This document shows, piece by piece, positions 9,154 to 21,080 of a stretch of 64,000 nt of DNA (within the stretch, counting starts at the first letter, position 1; every line of letters begins with the position of its first letter). A program made the translations under genes and the position numbers. This DNA is from Propionivibrio sp. (lineage in GTDB: Bacteria > Pseudomonadota > Gammaproteobacteria > Burkholderiales > Rhodocyclaceae): assembly GCA_029975435.1 (NCBI GenBank), contig JARKPC010000171.1, forward strand, positions 7,647 through 71,646. The letters are read 5' to 3'. Under the pieces are notes generated by a model. It ran no database searches. It was not told the DNA's origin and saw only the letters and a program-made list of their open reading frames with translations.

Positions 9154-10128
9154 ATGTCCCGCATTGCCCTGATCGTCCAGCCCGGCGCCACGCCGTCCAG
9201 CGTCATGATGTCGCTGGACATGGTGGCCATCGCCAGCCGTTTCCCCGAAGGCACCGCGTGTCGCCTCGAACTGCTGTCGCTCGACGGAGGCAATGTGCGC
9301 CTCTCCGCCGCCGTGGGCGTCGATACCCAGGCGATTCCTGGTGTGCTGGAAGGATATGCCGCAGTGATCCTGCCGGGCTTCTTTGCGGCCGATTTCGCGT
9401 CGCTGATCGGGCAGGTGCGCTCGGCTTGGCAGCCTGTGATCGCCCGTTTGCGCGGCCTGGCGCCGGAAACGCTGGTGGCTGCCAGCTGCTATGGGACATT
9501 CGTGCTGGCGGCGAGCGGGTTGCTCGACGACGGGCCGGCGACTACGACCTGGTGGCTTGAGGGGGAATTTCAACGGCATTTTCCGCGCGTCCGTCTGGCC
9601 GCCGACCAAACGTTGGTGGACGGCGGGCGTTGCATCACGGCGGGCGCGATGACGGCGCATGCCGACCTGACGCTGCACGTCCTGCGGCGACTTTTCGGCG
9701 CGGCACTGGCACGCAAAGTGGGCGGCATCATGCTGGTGGACGGCGCGCGGACTTCGCAACGGCCGTTCGCCTCACTGCCACGGCAGTTTGACGACCCGCT
9801 CGCGCAACAGGCGGCCGACTGGCTGGCGGCGCATCGCCACGAACCGGTGTCGACTCCGGAGGTGGCGGCTGCCCTGCACGTGAGCTACCGAACACTGCAT
9901 CGCCGTTTCCATGCGGCTACCGGCATGGCGCCGCTCGCCTATCTGCAGGATCTGCGCGTGGAGATGGCCAAGGAGTTGCTGGAAAGCACCCGGCTCAGTC
10001 TCGAACAGGTCGTCGAGCGCACCGGTTACGCCGATGTTTCGGCGTTTCGCCGCCTCTTCGCGCGCCGCGTCGGGCTCGCGCCGGCGCTGTATCGGCAACG
10101 CTTCAGGCAACCTGTCGCGGGAACTTGA
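9154..10128 (+). CDS. GlxA-family AraC transcriptional regulator (DJ-1/PfpI + HTH)
   Basis: ASCYGTFVLA, ATTTWW, ITAGA and a C-terminal AraC HTH (SYRTLHRRF...GYADVSAFRRLF); divergent from the hydrolase. Confidence 0.88.
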   Translation: MSRIALIVQPGATPSSVMMSLDMVAIASRFPEGTACRLELLSLDGGNVRLSAAVGVDTQAIPGVLEGYAAVILPGFFAADFASLIGQVRSAWQPVIARLRGLAPETLVAASCYGTFVLAASGLLDDGPATTTWWLEGEFQRHFPRVRLAADQTLVDGGRCITAGAMTAHADLTLHVLRRLFGAALARKVGGIMLVDGARTSQRPFASLPRQFDDPLAQQAADWLAAHRHEPVSTPEVAAALHVSYRTLHRRFHAATGMAPLAYLQDLRVEMAKELLESTRLSLEQVVERTGYADVSAFRRLFARRVGLAPALYRQRFRQPVAGT

Positions 10129-10227
10129 GCGCCTGTTTCACCGTGTCTTGCGGTCGCCACGCCGCCCTGAACTCCGGATGCCGGGCAAGGTCGAAAATCA
10201 AAGAGACCAGATACGGGGCGTTTCCGC

Positions 10228-10584
10228 ATGGACGCGAACAACAAGAGACCCGCCGGGCCTGAACCGTTCGATCGCGAGACCGAGGGGGTCTGGCACCTGT
10301 TGTATCGCCACCTGTGGCCTTTTCAGTATTTTCGCGACGTCACGCAGGGGGACAGGCGGCAGCAGCAGTCGAGTTACCAGCACAACCGGCTGATGCGTTT
10401 CTGTCTGCCCGGATTCATGTTCAAGTGGTCGGCGCTTTCCGCGCAGTGGTTCGCCTGGGGCAGTTTTCTCGACGGCACGTTGCTGGTCGCGAGCTGCTTC
10501 ATCGCCGCGACGCTGGCGCTGATCGTCGTGGTTCTGTTGGGCATCGACTGGCTGTGGCTGGGCCGTTTCCCCGACCGGTTTTGA
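10228..10584 (+). CDS. Hypothetical membrane protein
   Basis: 118-aa ORF with C-terminal hydrophobic helices that fills the gap between two clear genes. Confidence 0.6.
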   Translation: MDANNKRPAGPEPFDRETEGVWHLLYRHLWPFQYFRDVTQGDRRQQQSSYQHNRLMRFCLPGFMFKWSALSAQWFAWGSFLDGTLLVASCFIAATLALIVVVLLGIDWLWLGRFPDRF

Positions 10585-10689
10585 AGCGCGGTGAACTCGC
10601 GCGGAGCTGGCGCTCCGCTGTCTGCCGCGTCGCTGAGCGTTGCAAAGAACACGATATGCTCGAGTCCAATGGCCATGTTATCGTTAGTC

Positions 10690-13356
10690 ATGATCTCTCG
10701 CCCTTGCCGCCGCCTGATCCTCCTCGCAATGCTGGGGCTGTTCGGCGTCAACGGGATCGCTGCGACACCGTCGGACTCGATTCGCGTGGTCCTCGACGAC
10801 AACTATCCCCCGTACATCTTTCGCGACTCCAATGGACAGGTGCAGGGGGTACTGAAGGATCTTTGGGAGTTGTGGCAGCAGCGAACCGGCGTGACCGTCG
10901 ATTTTCAGCCGATGGACTGGGGCAAGGCGAGAGCTACCATGGAGAGCGGCAAGGCGGATGTCATCGACACCATTTTCGAGACGGAAGAAAGGCAAAAGAT
11001 CTACGATTTCTCGCGTCCGTATGCCACGATCGAGGTGCCCATTTTCTTCCACAAGAGCATCTCCGGCATCACCGACGCCAACTCCCTCAAAGGGTTTTCT
11101 GTTGGCGTCAAGGACGGCGATGCGTGTATCGATTACCTGGCGGCGCATGGAATCTCCGATCTCAAGCGCTATCCGAGCTACGAGTCGCAGGTCAGGGCGG
11201 CGATCCGGCAGGAAATCCGCATCCTGTGCATAGACAAGCCCCCGGCGTTTTATTTTTTCAACCGGGAGGGCGCGGCCGACGAGTTCCGCCATTCTCCGCC
11301 GCTCTATGTCGGTGAATTCCACTGGGCTGTAGCGAAGGGGAATTCCGATCTGAAGCGCCTCGTCGAAGACGGTTTCTCCCGAATCACGGCGGACGAACGC
11401 GCCGCGATCGAGAAACGCTGGATGGGTGAGAAGCTGGTCAAGGGGGGCTGGCCGGGATATGCCCGCTACGGCTGGTATGTCCTGCTCTCGGTTCTGCTTA
11501 TCATTACCTTTCTTGCCGTGTGGAACTGGGGTCTGCGTCGACGCGTGTCGATGCGTACGCGGGAACTATCTGCCGCATTGAGTTCGCTGAAGCGGACGGT
11601 CGCCGAACAGAAAATGACCGAGACTAGGCTCCTCGAAACCCAGGCGCGGCAGCACACGTTGGTTCGAGCGATTCCCGACCTCGTCTGGCTGAAGGATGCC
11701 GACGGGGTCTACCTGTCCTGCAATCCGCGTTTCGAGCGATTTTTCGGGGCGTTCGAGAAAGACATCGTGGGCAAGACGGACTATGACTTCGTCGACAAGG
11801 ATCTTGCCGATTATTTCCGCGAGAACGACAAGCGGGCCATGGAGAAGGGCGGTCCCAGCGTCAACGAGGAATGGATCACCTTTGCCGACGATGGTCACCG
11901 CGAATTGCTGGAAACCACGAAAACGCCGATGTTCGATGCCCATGGACGCCTGATCGGCGTTCTTGGCGTCGGCCACGACATCACGGAACGGAGCGAACAT
12001 GCAAACCAGCTCAAGCATCTCGCGCACTATGATTTGCTGACGACGCTGCCCAATCGCGTGCTGCTCGCCGACCGGCTGCGTCAGGCGATGGCGCAGACGG
12101 TTCGGCGCAAGCAACTCCTCGCGGTGGCCTATCTCGACCTGGATGGATTCAAGGCCATCAACGATCGATATGGGCATGAATCCGGCGACCAGGTGCTCGT
12201 CGCGCTGGCCAACCGCATGAAACACACCCTGCGCGATGCGGATACGCTGGCCCGACTGGGCGGCGACGAGTTTGTCGCCGTGTTCATCGATCTGGCAGAT
12301 GCCGTTTCATGCGCGCCCATGCTCGATCGGTTGCTTGCAGCGGCGGCCGAGCCCTTGCACATCGGGGATCTGGAGATCCAGGTTTCGGCAAGCCTGGGTG
12401 TGACCTTCTACCCGCAGGCAGAAGAAGTCGATGCCGATCAATTGCTGCGCCAAGCCGATCAGGCGATGTACCAGGCCAAGCTGGCCGGCAAGAATCGCCA
12501 TCATGTATTTGATTCCGAGCAGGATCGCAGCGCCCGCGGCCACCACGAAGGCGTCGAGCGTATCCGCGGGGCGCTGCAGCGGAAGGAATTCGTGCTGCAC
12601 TACCAGCCCAAGGTGAACATGCGCACCGGAATGGTCGTCGGTGCGGAAGCACTGATCCGCTGGCAGCACCCCGAACGCGGCCTGCTGTCGCCGGCCGAAT
12701 TCCTTCCCGTGATCGAAGATCATCCGCTGGCCGTCGATGTCGGCGAATGGGTGATCGATGCGGCCCTTGGGCAGTGTGAATCGTGGGCGGAAAAGGGGCT
12801 GGCCGTTCCCGTCAGCGTGAACGTCGGTGCGCGCCAATTGCAGCAGCCCGGTTTTGTGGATCGTCTGCGCAGCATTCTGGAGGCGCACCCATCCATTGAT
12901 CCTGGGCATCTGGAAATCGAAATTCTCGAAACGAGCGCGCTCGAAGACGTCGCCCGGGTGGCCGAAATCATCGAGTCGGCTCGGGTGCTTGGTGTTTCGT
13001 TCTCACTGGACGATTTCGGTACCGGCTATTCGTCGCTGACCTACCTGAAGCGCCTGTCGGTCAGTCAGCTCAAGATCGACCAGAGCTTCGTGCGCGACAT
13101 GCTCGACGATCCCGACGATCTGGCCATACTTGAAGGCGTGATCGGCCTCGCCAGGGCGTTTCGGCGTCAGGTCATCGCCGAAGGCGTGGAGACCGCCGAC
13201 CACGGCAGGATGCTGCTGCAACTGGGGTGCGAGCTGGCGCAGGGGTACGGCATCGCGCGACCGATGCCCGGAGAGGATCTGCCCCGATGGGTCGCCGTCT
13301 GGAAACCGGATGCGGCGTGGAGAGACGCCGCACCGGTTACCCGAAGCCTTCAGTAA
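10690..13356 (+). CDS. Periplasmic-binding/PAS/GGDEF/EAL c-di-GMP enzyme
   Basis: Signal-like N-terminus, SBP_bac_3-type DDNYPPY, TM helix, PAS (IPDLVWLKD), GGDEF, AEALIRW, DDFGTGYSS. Confidence 0.9.
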   Translation: MISRPCRRLILLAMLGLFGVNGIAATPSDSIRVVLDDNYPPYIFRDSNGQVQGVLKDLWELWQQRTGVTVDFQPMDWGKARATMESGKADVIDTIFETEERQKIYDFSRPYATIEVPIFFHKSISGITDANSLKGFSVGVKDGDACIDYLAAHGISDLKRYPSYESQVRAAIRQEIRILCIDKPPAFYFFNREGAADEFRHSPPLYVGEFHWAVAKGNSDLKRLVEDGFSRITADERAAIEKRWMGEKLVKGGWPGYARYGWYVLLSVLLIITFLAVWNWGLRRRVSMRTRELSAALSSLKRTVAEQKMTETRLLETQARQHTLVRAIPDLVWLKDADGVYLSCNPRFERFFGAFEKDIVGKTDYDFVDKDLADYFRENDKRAMEKGGPSVNEEWITFADDGHRELLETTKTPMFDAHGRLIGVLGVGHDITERSEHANQLKHLAHYDLLTTLPNRVLLADRLRQAMAQTVRRKQLLAVAYLDLDGFKAINDRYGHESGDQVLVALANRMKHTLRDADTLARLGGDEFVAVFIDLADAVSCAPMLDRLLAAAAEPLHIGDLEIQVSASLGVTFYPQAEEVDADQLLRQADQAMYQAKLAGKNRHHVFDSEQDRSARGHHEGVERIRGALQRKEFVLHYQPKVNMRTGMVVGAEALIRWQHPERGLLSPAEFLPVIEDHPLAVDVGEWVIDAALGQCESWAEKGLAVPVSVNVGARQLQQPGFVDRLRSILEAHPSIDPGHLEIEILETSALEDVARVAEIIESARVLGVSFSLDDFGTGYSSLTYLKRLSVSQLKIDQSFVRDMLDDPDDLAILEGVIGLARAFRRQVIAEGVETADHGRMLLQLGCELAQGYGIARPMPGEDLPRWVAVWKPDAAWRDAAPVTRSLQ

Positions 13357-13410
13357 GTGTTCAACCCGGGTTCCGACAACCGAGTACGGTCCGGATCACC
13401 AATCACCCGG

Positions 13411-14709
13411 TCACTTTCCTTCGGTGGCTTTCAGTTCCTGGAACTTCCCGACGATTCGTTTCGTTCTCTCCGGATCGATCAACAGGTCATGCGCCGACAG
13501 GGCGACAGCCTTGGCGGCCTGGACCGCCGCCGGCCAGCCTTCGTCCGGCACGGTATATTTCAGCATGGCGTCTTCGTGCAGGGCCACGGTCTTGGGCGCA
13601 ACCTTGAACATGATGTTGACCGTCGGATAGGCGTGGCCGACGTTGCCCAGGTCCGACGATCCGAGGGGTTGCGGATCCATGACCACGTCGTCGGCGGGCA
13701 CGCCAGCCTGCTGGATGTTCTTGGCGACCAGTTCAAGGTATTCGGGGACCATGACGGGCGACAGCAGTTCGGTGCGCGGCGGTTTGTATTCCATCGTCGT
13801 GCCCGAGGCCAGCGCCGCCGCCTTGGCCGTGTTGATCAGCTTGGCGTAGGCATCGAGCATGGTCGGCGTATCGAGGGCACGCGCGGCGAATTCCACCTCG
13901 GCGAGTGCCGGAACGACATTGACCACGTCACCGCCCTTCTTGATGATGCCGTGGATACGCACGTCCTGGCGCAGATGCTGGCGCAGGGCGTTGATCCCGT
14001 TGAACGTCTGGATCGCTGCGTCGAGCGCGTTGATTCCCTGCTCGGGCGCCGCTGCCGCGTGTGCCGCCTTGCCCTTGAAGACGAAGGTTGCCCGCTTCAT
14101 CGCCAGCAGGGGCTTGTTGACGCTCCAGGTACTGCCGGGGTGGGTGATGAGCACCACGTCTGAACCCTCGAAATGCTTGCCTTCCAGCAGGGCGATCTTG
14201 CCGCCGCCCAGCGAGCCGCGCTCTTCGTCGGGCGTGCCGATGACCAGCAGTCGTCCCGGCAGGTCCTTCATCACTTTCGACAAACCGGCGGCGGCGAGGA
14301 GGCCCGATCCCGAGATCAGGTTGTGTCCGCACGAGTGCCCGTTGGGCAGCGCGTCGTACTCGAGCATGATCGTTACCGTCGGCCCGGGGCCCTTGCCGGG
14401 CAGTTCGGCGCGGAACGCGGTTTTTGCCACCCCGCCCTTGACGAGGTCGTCGGGGACCTTGAGGTCGGTTTCGACCTTGAAACCGAGCTTGCGCAGTTCG
14501 TCCACGACCAACTGCGAACTCTTGAATTCCTGCTGCCCCAGTTCCTTGAATTCGAAAATCTGCTGCGAGACCTGCTTGATCGCCCCGGATTGCGCCTCGA
14601 TTGCCTGCAGCAACTGCTTCTCGTCCGCCAGCCCGTTGGCAGCCCAGAGCGCGGCCAGCAAGACCGAAAGCCGGGCCAACCCCGGCGCAACGAATTGTCT
14701 CTTGGACAT
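13411..14709 (-). CDS. M20-family amidohydrolase (ACY1L2/AbgB-like) with export signal
   Basis: EYDALP, GHSCGHN, GTPDEE, HPG, GSSDLGNV motifs; N-terminal signal peptide; AGGGAG RBS. Confidence 0.85.
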   Translation of the reverse strand: MSKRQFVAPGLARLSVLLAALWAANGLADEKQLLQAIEAQSGAIKQVSQQIFEFKELGQQEFKSSQLVVDELRKLGFKVETDLKVPDDLVKGGVAKTAFRAELPGKGPGPTVTIMLEYDALPNGHSCGHNLISGSGLLAAAGLSKVMKDLPGRLLVIGTPDEERGSLGGGKIALLEGKHFEGSDVVLITHPGSTWSVNKPLLAMKRATFVFKGKAAHAAAAPEQGINALDAAIQTFNGINALRQHLRQDVRIHGIIKKGGDVVNVVPALAEVEFAARALDTPTMLDAYAKLINTAKAAALASGTTMEYKPPRTELLSPVMVPEYLELVAKNIQQAGVPADDVVMDPQPLGSSDLGNVGHAYPTVNIMFKVAPKTVALHEDAMLKYTVPDEGWPAAVQAAKAVALSAHDLLIDPERTKRIVGKFQELKATEGK

Positions 14710-14866
14710 TTTTCTCCCTTTCGATAATTGAACAACACGCACGATCCCGTCGGCTCGCCGGCTTGTCTTGGTACGCGTACGGCTCGGCTCGCCGCCGGAT
14801 CTCCACAGCTCCCTCAAGCAAATCTCAAGCCAATAGCATTCGCCTGCCTGTCCGGCAGTGGTCGAA

Positions 14867-16999
14867 TCAAACCGGGTTGTTTTCCGCCAAGGCGCTCAAA
14901 GCAACATAGTCTGTCTTGCCGGTTCCTAGCAAGGGAATTTCCTTCAGCACCCGGATGGTGCGCGGCACGGCCAGTTCCGGGGCGCCGAGCGTGCGTGCGG
15001 CAGCGACCAGGCGTTCGCGGCTCAGGTCCGCGGCGGTGGTGAACAGCACCAGTGCCTCGCCCTTGCCGGGGTCGGGGCGTGTCGATGAAGCGTGGGAGAA
15101 TCCGGGCGCGGCGGCGTTGGCGATGCTCTCTACGACCTCCAGTGAAATCATCTCGCCGGCGATCTTGGCAAAGCGCTTTTGGCGCCCGAGGATGTGCACG
15201 TAGCCTTCGTCATCGACGTCGACGATGTCGCCGGTCGCGTACCAGCCCGCGCCGATCGCGGGAGGTTGTTGGATCACGCCGGGCTTGTCGAACAGGTAGT
15301 ACCCGCTCATTACATTCGGCCCCTTGACGTGCAGGGCTCCGCCATGCGCGATGCCGGGAATCGGTTCGAGTTCGTGCGCCATCCCGGGCAGCAACTGACC
15401 CACCGTGCCGTTCCTGCAGGCCATCGGCACATTGACGGCGACGACCGGCGCGCATTCGGTGACGCCGTAGCCTTCGAGAATGCGGATGCCGAACTTGTCG
15501 ATCCACAGCCGACGCACGTCGTCCGAAAGTTTTTCAGCGCCGGCGACGACGTAGCGCAAGCGGCCGAAATCGTACGGGTGGGCGTACTTGCCATAGTTGG
15601 CAAGAAAGGTCGAGGTCCCGAACAGGACGGTGCAGTCGCGGTCGTAGACGACCTCGGGAACGACGCGGTAATGCAGGGGGTTGGGATAGAGGAATACCTG
15701 GCACCCGGAAACGAGCGGCAGCAGCACGCCGCACGTGAGCCCGAAGGAGTGGAACAGCGGCAGCGCCATCATGAATTTGTCGCGCGGCATGAAGTCCGCC
15801 ACGGCCCGGATCTGGGCGACGTTGGCGAGCAGCGAGGCGTGCGTGTGCACGACGCCCTTGGGTTTGCCTTCCGAACCGGAAGTGAACAGCACCAGCGCCG
15901 GATCGTTCGGCGATTGGGGCAACGCGACGCGGCGCGGGAATGCGAGCCCCCAAAAGATGCGCAGTTTGTCGACCGGGCCGAGCGTGCCGCGGAAGTCTTC
16001 GAGATAGCGGACGTCGACGCTGCCGAGTTGGGCGATTACCGTGGTGAGGCGCGCCTTTTCGACAAAGGCGCGCGAGGTGATCACGCTACGGATGCCGGCG
16101 GCCGTGCAGGCGGCGCGCAGCCCGTCGGCGCCGGCGGTGTAGTTGAGCATGGCGGGAATGCGGCGTCCGGATGAGAGCGCCAAGATCAGCGCCGGCGTCG
16201 CCGCCGCGCTCGGAGTGAGAATCCCGACGACCTCGTCGGGCCGCGTAAAGCGGTCGATCACCTGGCGTAATCCCAAAGTCATTTTGAGCAAGGAGCCGTA
16301 GGTTTCCTGGCGCAGGCGGATGTCCTCCACCAGGCCATAGTCGCGGCCGAACGTCGCCATGCCGTCGAGGAAGCCGTGGTAGATCGTGCGTTCCGGGCGC
16401 GAGGCGACGAGCATGTCGAGCAGGATGCGGCGCATCGCTTCGCCTGCGCGATGATGGCGTTCCTTGGCCGATGGCTGCTCGGGCATCGGGATCGAGCGGC
16501 GCGGGTGAATGGTGATGGTGATTTTCGGAAACAGTTGCAGCGGATAGACGCCAGCCAATCGCCCGAAGTACGTGCGTGCCGCGCCGTCGATATGTACCGG
16601 CACAATGGCGGCTCCGGTTTTCGCCGCGATGAAGGCGGCGCCGTCGTAGACCTTCATTAGCGCTCCGGTGCGCGTGATGCGTCCTTCCGGGAAAATGACG
16701 ACCGGTTGGCCGCTCTCGACCAGCTTGACGATCTGCTTGACCGCCAGCGGATTCGTCGGCTCGATGTCCAGATGCGGGATGAACGAAAGCAGGAAGCGGA
16801 AGAACGAGCGGTCGGTGATCTGTTTGTGCACCACGTAGACCGCGTCGACCGGCATGGTCAGTCCGAGCAGCAGGCCGTCGATGAAGGATTCGTGGTTGGC
16901 CACGATCAGCGTGCGGGGGTTGTGAAACACCGACGTGTCGCCGCGCAGTTCGACCCGGAACAGCAGTTTGAGCAAGAGGCGCAGAAGGATCCTGAACAT
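14867..16999 (-). CDS. aas: Bifunctional lysophospholipid acyltransferase / acyl-ACP synthetase
   Basis: NHESFID and IFPEGRIT acyltransferase motifs; FTSGSEGKPKG, EGYGVTE and TGD AMP-binding motifs. Confidence 0.88.
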   Translation of the reverse strand: MFRILLRLLLKLLFRVELRGDTSVFHNPRTLIVANHESFIDGLLLGLTMPVDAVYVVHKQITDRSFFRFLLSFIPHLDIEPTNPLAVKQIVKLVESGQPVVIFPEGRITRTGALMKVYDGAAFIAAKTGAAIVPVHIDGAARTYFGRLAGVYPLQLFPKITITIHPRRSIPMPEQPSAKERHHRAGEAMRRILLDMLVASRPERTIYHGFLDGMATFGRDYGLVEDIRLRQETYGSLLKMTLGLRQVIDRFTRPDEVVGILTPSAAATPALILALSSGRRIPAMLNYTAGADGLRAACTAAGIRSVITSRAFVEKARLTTVIAQLGSVDVRYLEDFRGTLGPVDKLRIFWGLAFPRRVALPQSPNDPALVLFTSGSEGKPKGVVHTHASLLANVAQIRAVADFMPRDKFMMALPLFHSFGLTCGVLLPLVSGCQVFLYPNPLHYRVVPEVVYDRDCTVLFGTSTFLANYGKYAHPYDFGRLRYVVAGAEKLSDDVRRLWIDKFGIRILEGYGVTECAPVVAVNVPMACRNGTVGQLLPGMAHELEPIPGIAHGGALHVKGPNVMSGYYLFDKPGVIQQPPAIGAGWYATGDIVDVDDEGYVHILGRQKRFAKIAGEMISLEVVESIANAAAPGFSHASSTRPDPGKGEALVLFTTAADLSRERLVAAARTLGAPELAVPRTIRVLKEIPLLGTGKTDYVALSALAENNPV

Positions 17000-17034
17000 G
17001 ATTTCCCCGTAATGATGTTGTGAGTATCGTTTGC

Positions 17035-17796
17035 TCATGCGTTGACCGGACGGACGCGCCATGACAGCCGGGCCACGATGACTGCGGCGGCGACCGTCGC
17101 CAGCAGGTGCTTGATCGTGTGCCCCGTCAGCAGGCCCGTCGCGGCGGCGATCTGGTGATCGTACAGCTCGGCGGCCTTGGCGATGGCATAGAGTAGCAGA
17201 GCCGCGCCGAACGACAAACGATCCGCCGCGGGCGTCCGGTACAGCCACTGCCACAAGGGAATGAGCAGCATCGGCAACGCCTGGAGCAACAGGTAGGGGC
17301 GCAGGTCTCCATTGCCCGCCAGTTCCGTAACGTGCCACCACACGACGCTGTAGATCGCCAGCAGCGCCAGCCAGGCAGCCAGCACGGCGCTGGATTGGCC
17401 CTTGGCATCGCCCCAGACGCCGGCGAGCAGACCGCCGCAGGCCAGGGCGATGGGCAGTCGGTCCCAGACCAGGCGTGCGTTGTCCGGCGCCAGATGATAG
17501 TAGCCGGAACCGAATGCGGTGAGGAACAGCCCGAGGAGGAACAGGCGATATCCGGCCCAGCCGCAGGTCAGCCCGGCGTCATGGCGGGAGCGCGGCAGCG
17601 CGCAGCCCCCCCACGCGGCGACCAGGGCGAACCCGATGTTGGTGGCGACGTCCGCGAAATGCGGGATGCCCAGGGCGACCCGCTGGTCGGAAAAGTTGTG
17701 GTAATCCGGCCATTGCGCGATCGGGCCGTACCAGAGCGCGGCCCCGATGAGCAGGCCGACCACGACGAGCGGAAGATGCTGGTGTGCGATTTTCAT
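17035..17796 (-). CDS. Ceramidase-like (CREST superfamily) membrane hydrolase
   Basis: About seven TM helices with SGYYH, WDRLP and GHTIKH metal-binding pattern (SxxxH, D, HxxxH). Confidence 0.75.
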   Translation of the reverse strand: MKIAHQHLPLVVVGLLIGAALWYGPIAQWPDYHNFSDQRVALGIPHFADVATNIGFALVAAWGGCALPRSRHDAGLTCGWAGYRLFLLGLFLTAFGSGYYHLAPDNARLVWDRLPIALACGGLLAGVWGDAKGQSSAVLAAWLALLAIYSVVWWHVTELAGNGDLRPYLLLQALPMLLIPLWQWLYRTPAADRLSFGAALLLYAIAKAAELYDHQIAAATGLLTGHTIKHLLATVAAAVIVARLSWRVRPVNA

Positions 17797-17929
17797 GTTT
17801 TCTCCTTTCCTGAGACAGCGTCGATGGGACGGTGTGCGCAGGATGTGGGGAGAAAATAAAAAAATAAACTAATTTACAAATAGAATAGGTGTTTATAATA
17901 AAAAGTATCGAAATATTACTCTTTATGTC

Positions 17930-18661
17930 ATGGGCGAGATTGGTCAATTGGTCAGGACGCTGAAGAAGCGCCTGAAGATCCAGGGGGTTACCTATCGTGA
18001 ACTGGCGGCCGCGATCGGCTTGTCGGAAGCGAGCGTCAAACGCATGTTTGCCGGCCAGCGCTTCACGCTGGAACGCCTGGTGGAAATCAGCAATTTCCTG
18101 GGGTTTACTCTGGCCGAACTGGCACAGGAAGCCGTCGTGACGGAAAACCTGGTGCACACGCTGAGCGAGGCGCAGGAGGCGGAACTGGTGTCGGATCGCA
18201 AGCTTCTGCTGGTCGCCATCTGCTCGCTCAATCACTGGTCGGTGCAGGACATCATTTCCACGTATCGCCTCACCGAAGCCGAATGCATCCAGCGCCTGGT
18301 ACAACTCGATCGGCTGCGCCTGATCGCGCTGTTGCCGGGAAACCGCATCCGTCTCAACGTGGCGCGGGATTTTGACTGGCGGGTGAAGGGGCCGATCCGC
18401 GGGTTTTTCCGGGAACACGGCCTGCACGATTTCCTGGACAGCGATTTTGCGCTGGATGACGAAACGATGTCGTTCTCGCACGCCATGCTGACCGAAGCGG
18501 CGATTGCCAAGGTGCTGGCTGAACTGCGCCGGTTACGCCAGCGCTTTGCCGAGTTGCACGAGGAGAGCCTGGCCGCGCCGCTCTCCCGACGGCGCGGCGT
18601 CGGCCTGTTGCTGGCCATGCGCGAGTGGGAGATCGGGGTTTTCAGCGCATTGCGGCGCTGA
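17930..18661 (+). CDS. XRE/Cro-type HTH transcriptional regulator
   Basis: TYRELAAAIGLSEASVKRMF HTH; divergent from the CREST-aas pair across an AT-rich spacer. Confidence 0.8.
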   Translation: MGEIGQLVRTLKKRLKIQGVTYRELAAAIGLSEASVKRMFAGQRFTLERLVEISNFLGFTLAELAQEAVVTENLVHTLSEAQEAELVSDRKLLLVAICSLNHWSVQDIISTYRLTEAECIQRLVQLDRLRLIALLPGNRIRLNVARDFDWRVKGPIRGFFREHGLHDFLDSDFALDDETMSFSHAMLTEAAIAKVLAELRRLRQRFAELHEESLAAPLSRRRGVGLLLAMREWEIGVFSALRR

Positions 18662-18666
18662 GCCGA

Positions 18667-19455
18667 TCAGGCGCTGTTGGCCTGAGCGAGTTCCTCGAGC
18701 ATGCGGGCGATGCCGTCGAGGTGCAGGGCAGGCGCGACGCGGTCGGCGATGGCCTTCAGGTCCGGATGGCCGTTGTCCATGGCAATGCCGAGACCGACGC
18801 CCTGCAGCATCTGTATGTCGTTCAACCCGTCGCCGAAGGCGATGGCCTGCTCCGGTGTAAAGCCGGTCTGGGCCATGACCCACTGGCATCCCGTCCATTT
18901 GTTGACGCCCTGCAGTTGGACATCCACGGCCCAGCGGTGCCAGCGCACGATGGCGAACTCGGGGAAACGCTCGCCGATGGCCGGAATCAGCGTCGGATCG
19001 AGCGCTTCGTCGTAGAACAGCCAGCCCTGGTAGGTATCGCGCTGCAGATAGAAGGCGTCCTCGGACTGGTAAGGCATGGCCACGGTGTCGAGCGGAGCCG
19101 TCGTTATCGGCACCTGCGCGCTGAGATATCCCGAGGTGCCGTCATTCACGCCGAAATAGTGGCCTTGCGCCGCCATCCAGTCGAACAGCGCGACGAGCCG
19201 TTGCCGCGGCAGCGGAATGCTTAACACCTCTTCTTCGCCATGCAGGATGCGCGCGCCGTTCTGGGTGATCGCGTAGGTCGGCCGGACCTGGTCGATGAAC
19301 GGCTTGGCGTGCCCGTGGGCGCGCCCGGTGGCGACCACCACCGTATGTCCTTCCTGCTTGAGCTCGTCGATGGCCGAGAGTGCCGAGGGCGGAATGGTCA
19401 GCGTGCGGTGGTCGAGCAGCGTGTTGTCGATGTCGAAGAAATAGATGTTGGCCAT
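18667..19455 (-). CDS. Cof-type HAD-IIB hydrolase
   Basis: FFDIDNTLL, VATGR, NK, AFGDGLNDIQML motifs. Confidence 0.9.
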   Translation of the reverse strand: MANIYFFDIDNTLLDHRTLTIPPSALSAIDELKQEGHTVVVATGRAHGHAKPFIDQVRPTYAITQNGARILHGEEEVLSIPLPRQRLVALFDWMAAQGHYFGVNDGTSGYLSAQVPITTAPLDTVAMPYQSEDAFYLQRDTYQGWLFYDEALDPTLIPAIGERFPEFAIVRWHRWAVDVQLQGVNKWTGCQWVMAQTGFTPEQAIAFGDGLNDIQMLQGVGLGIAMDNGHPDLKAIADRVAPALHLDGIARMLEELAQANSA

Positions 19456-19469
19456 GGCGGTCCTGCCGA

Positions 19470-21080
<1,611 letters not shown>

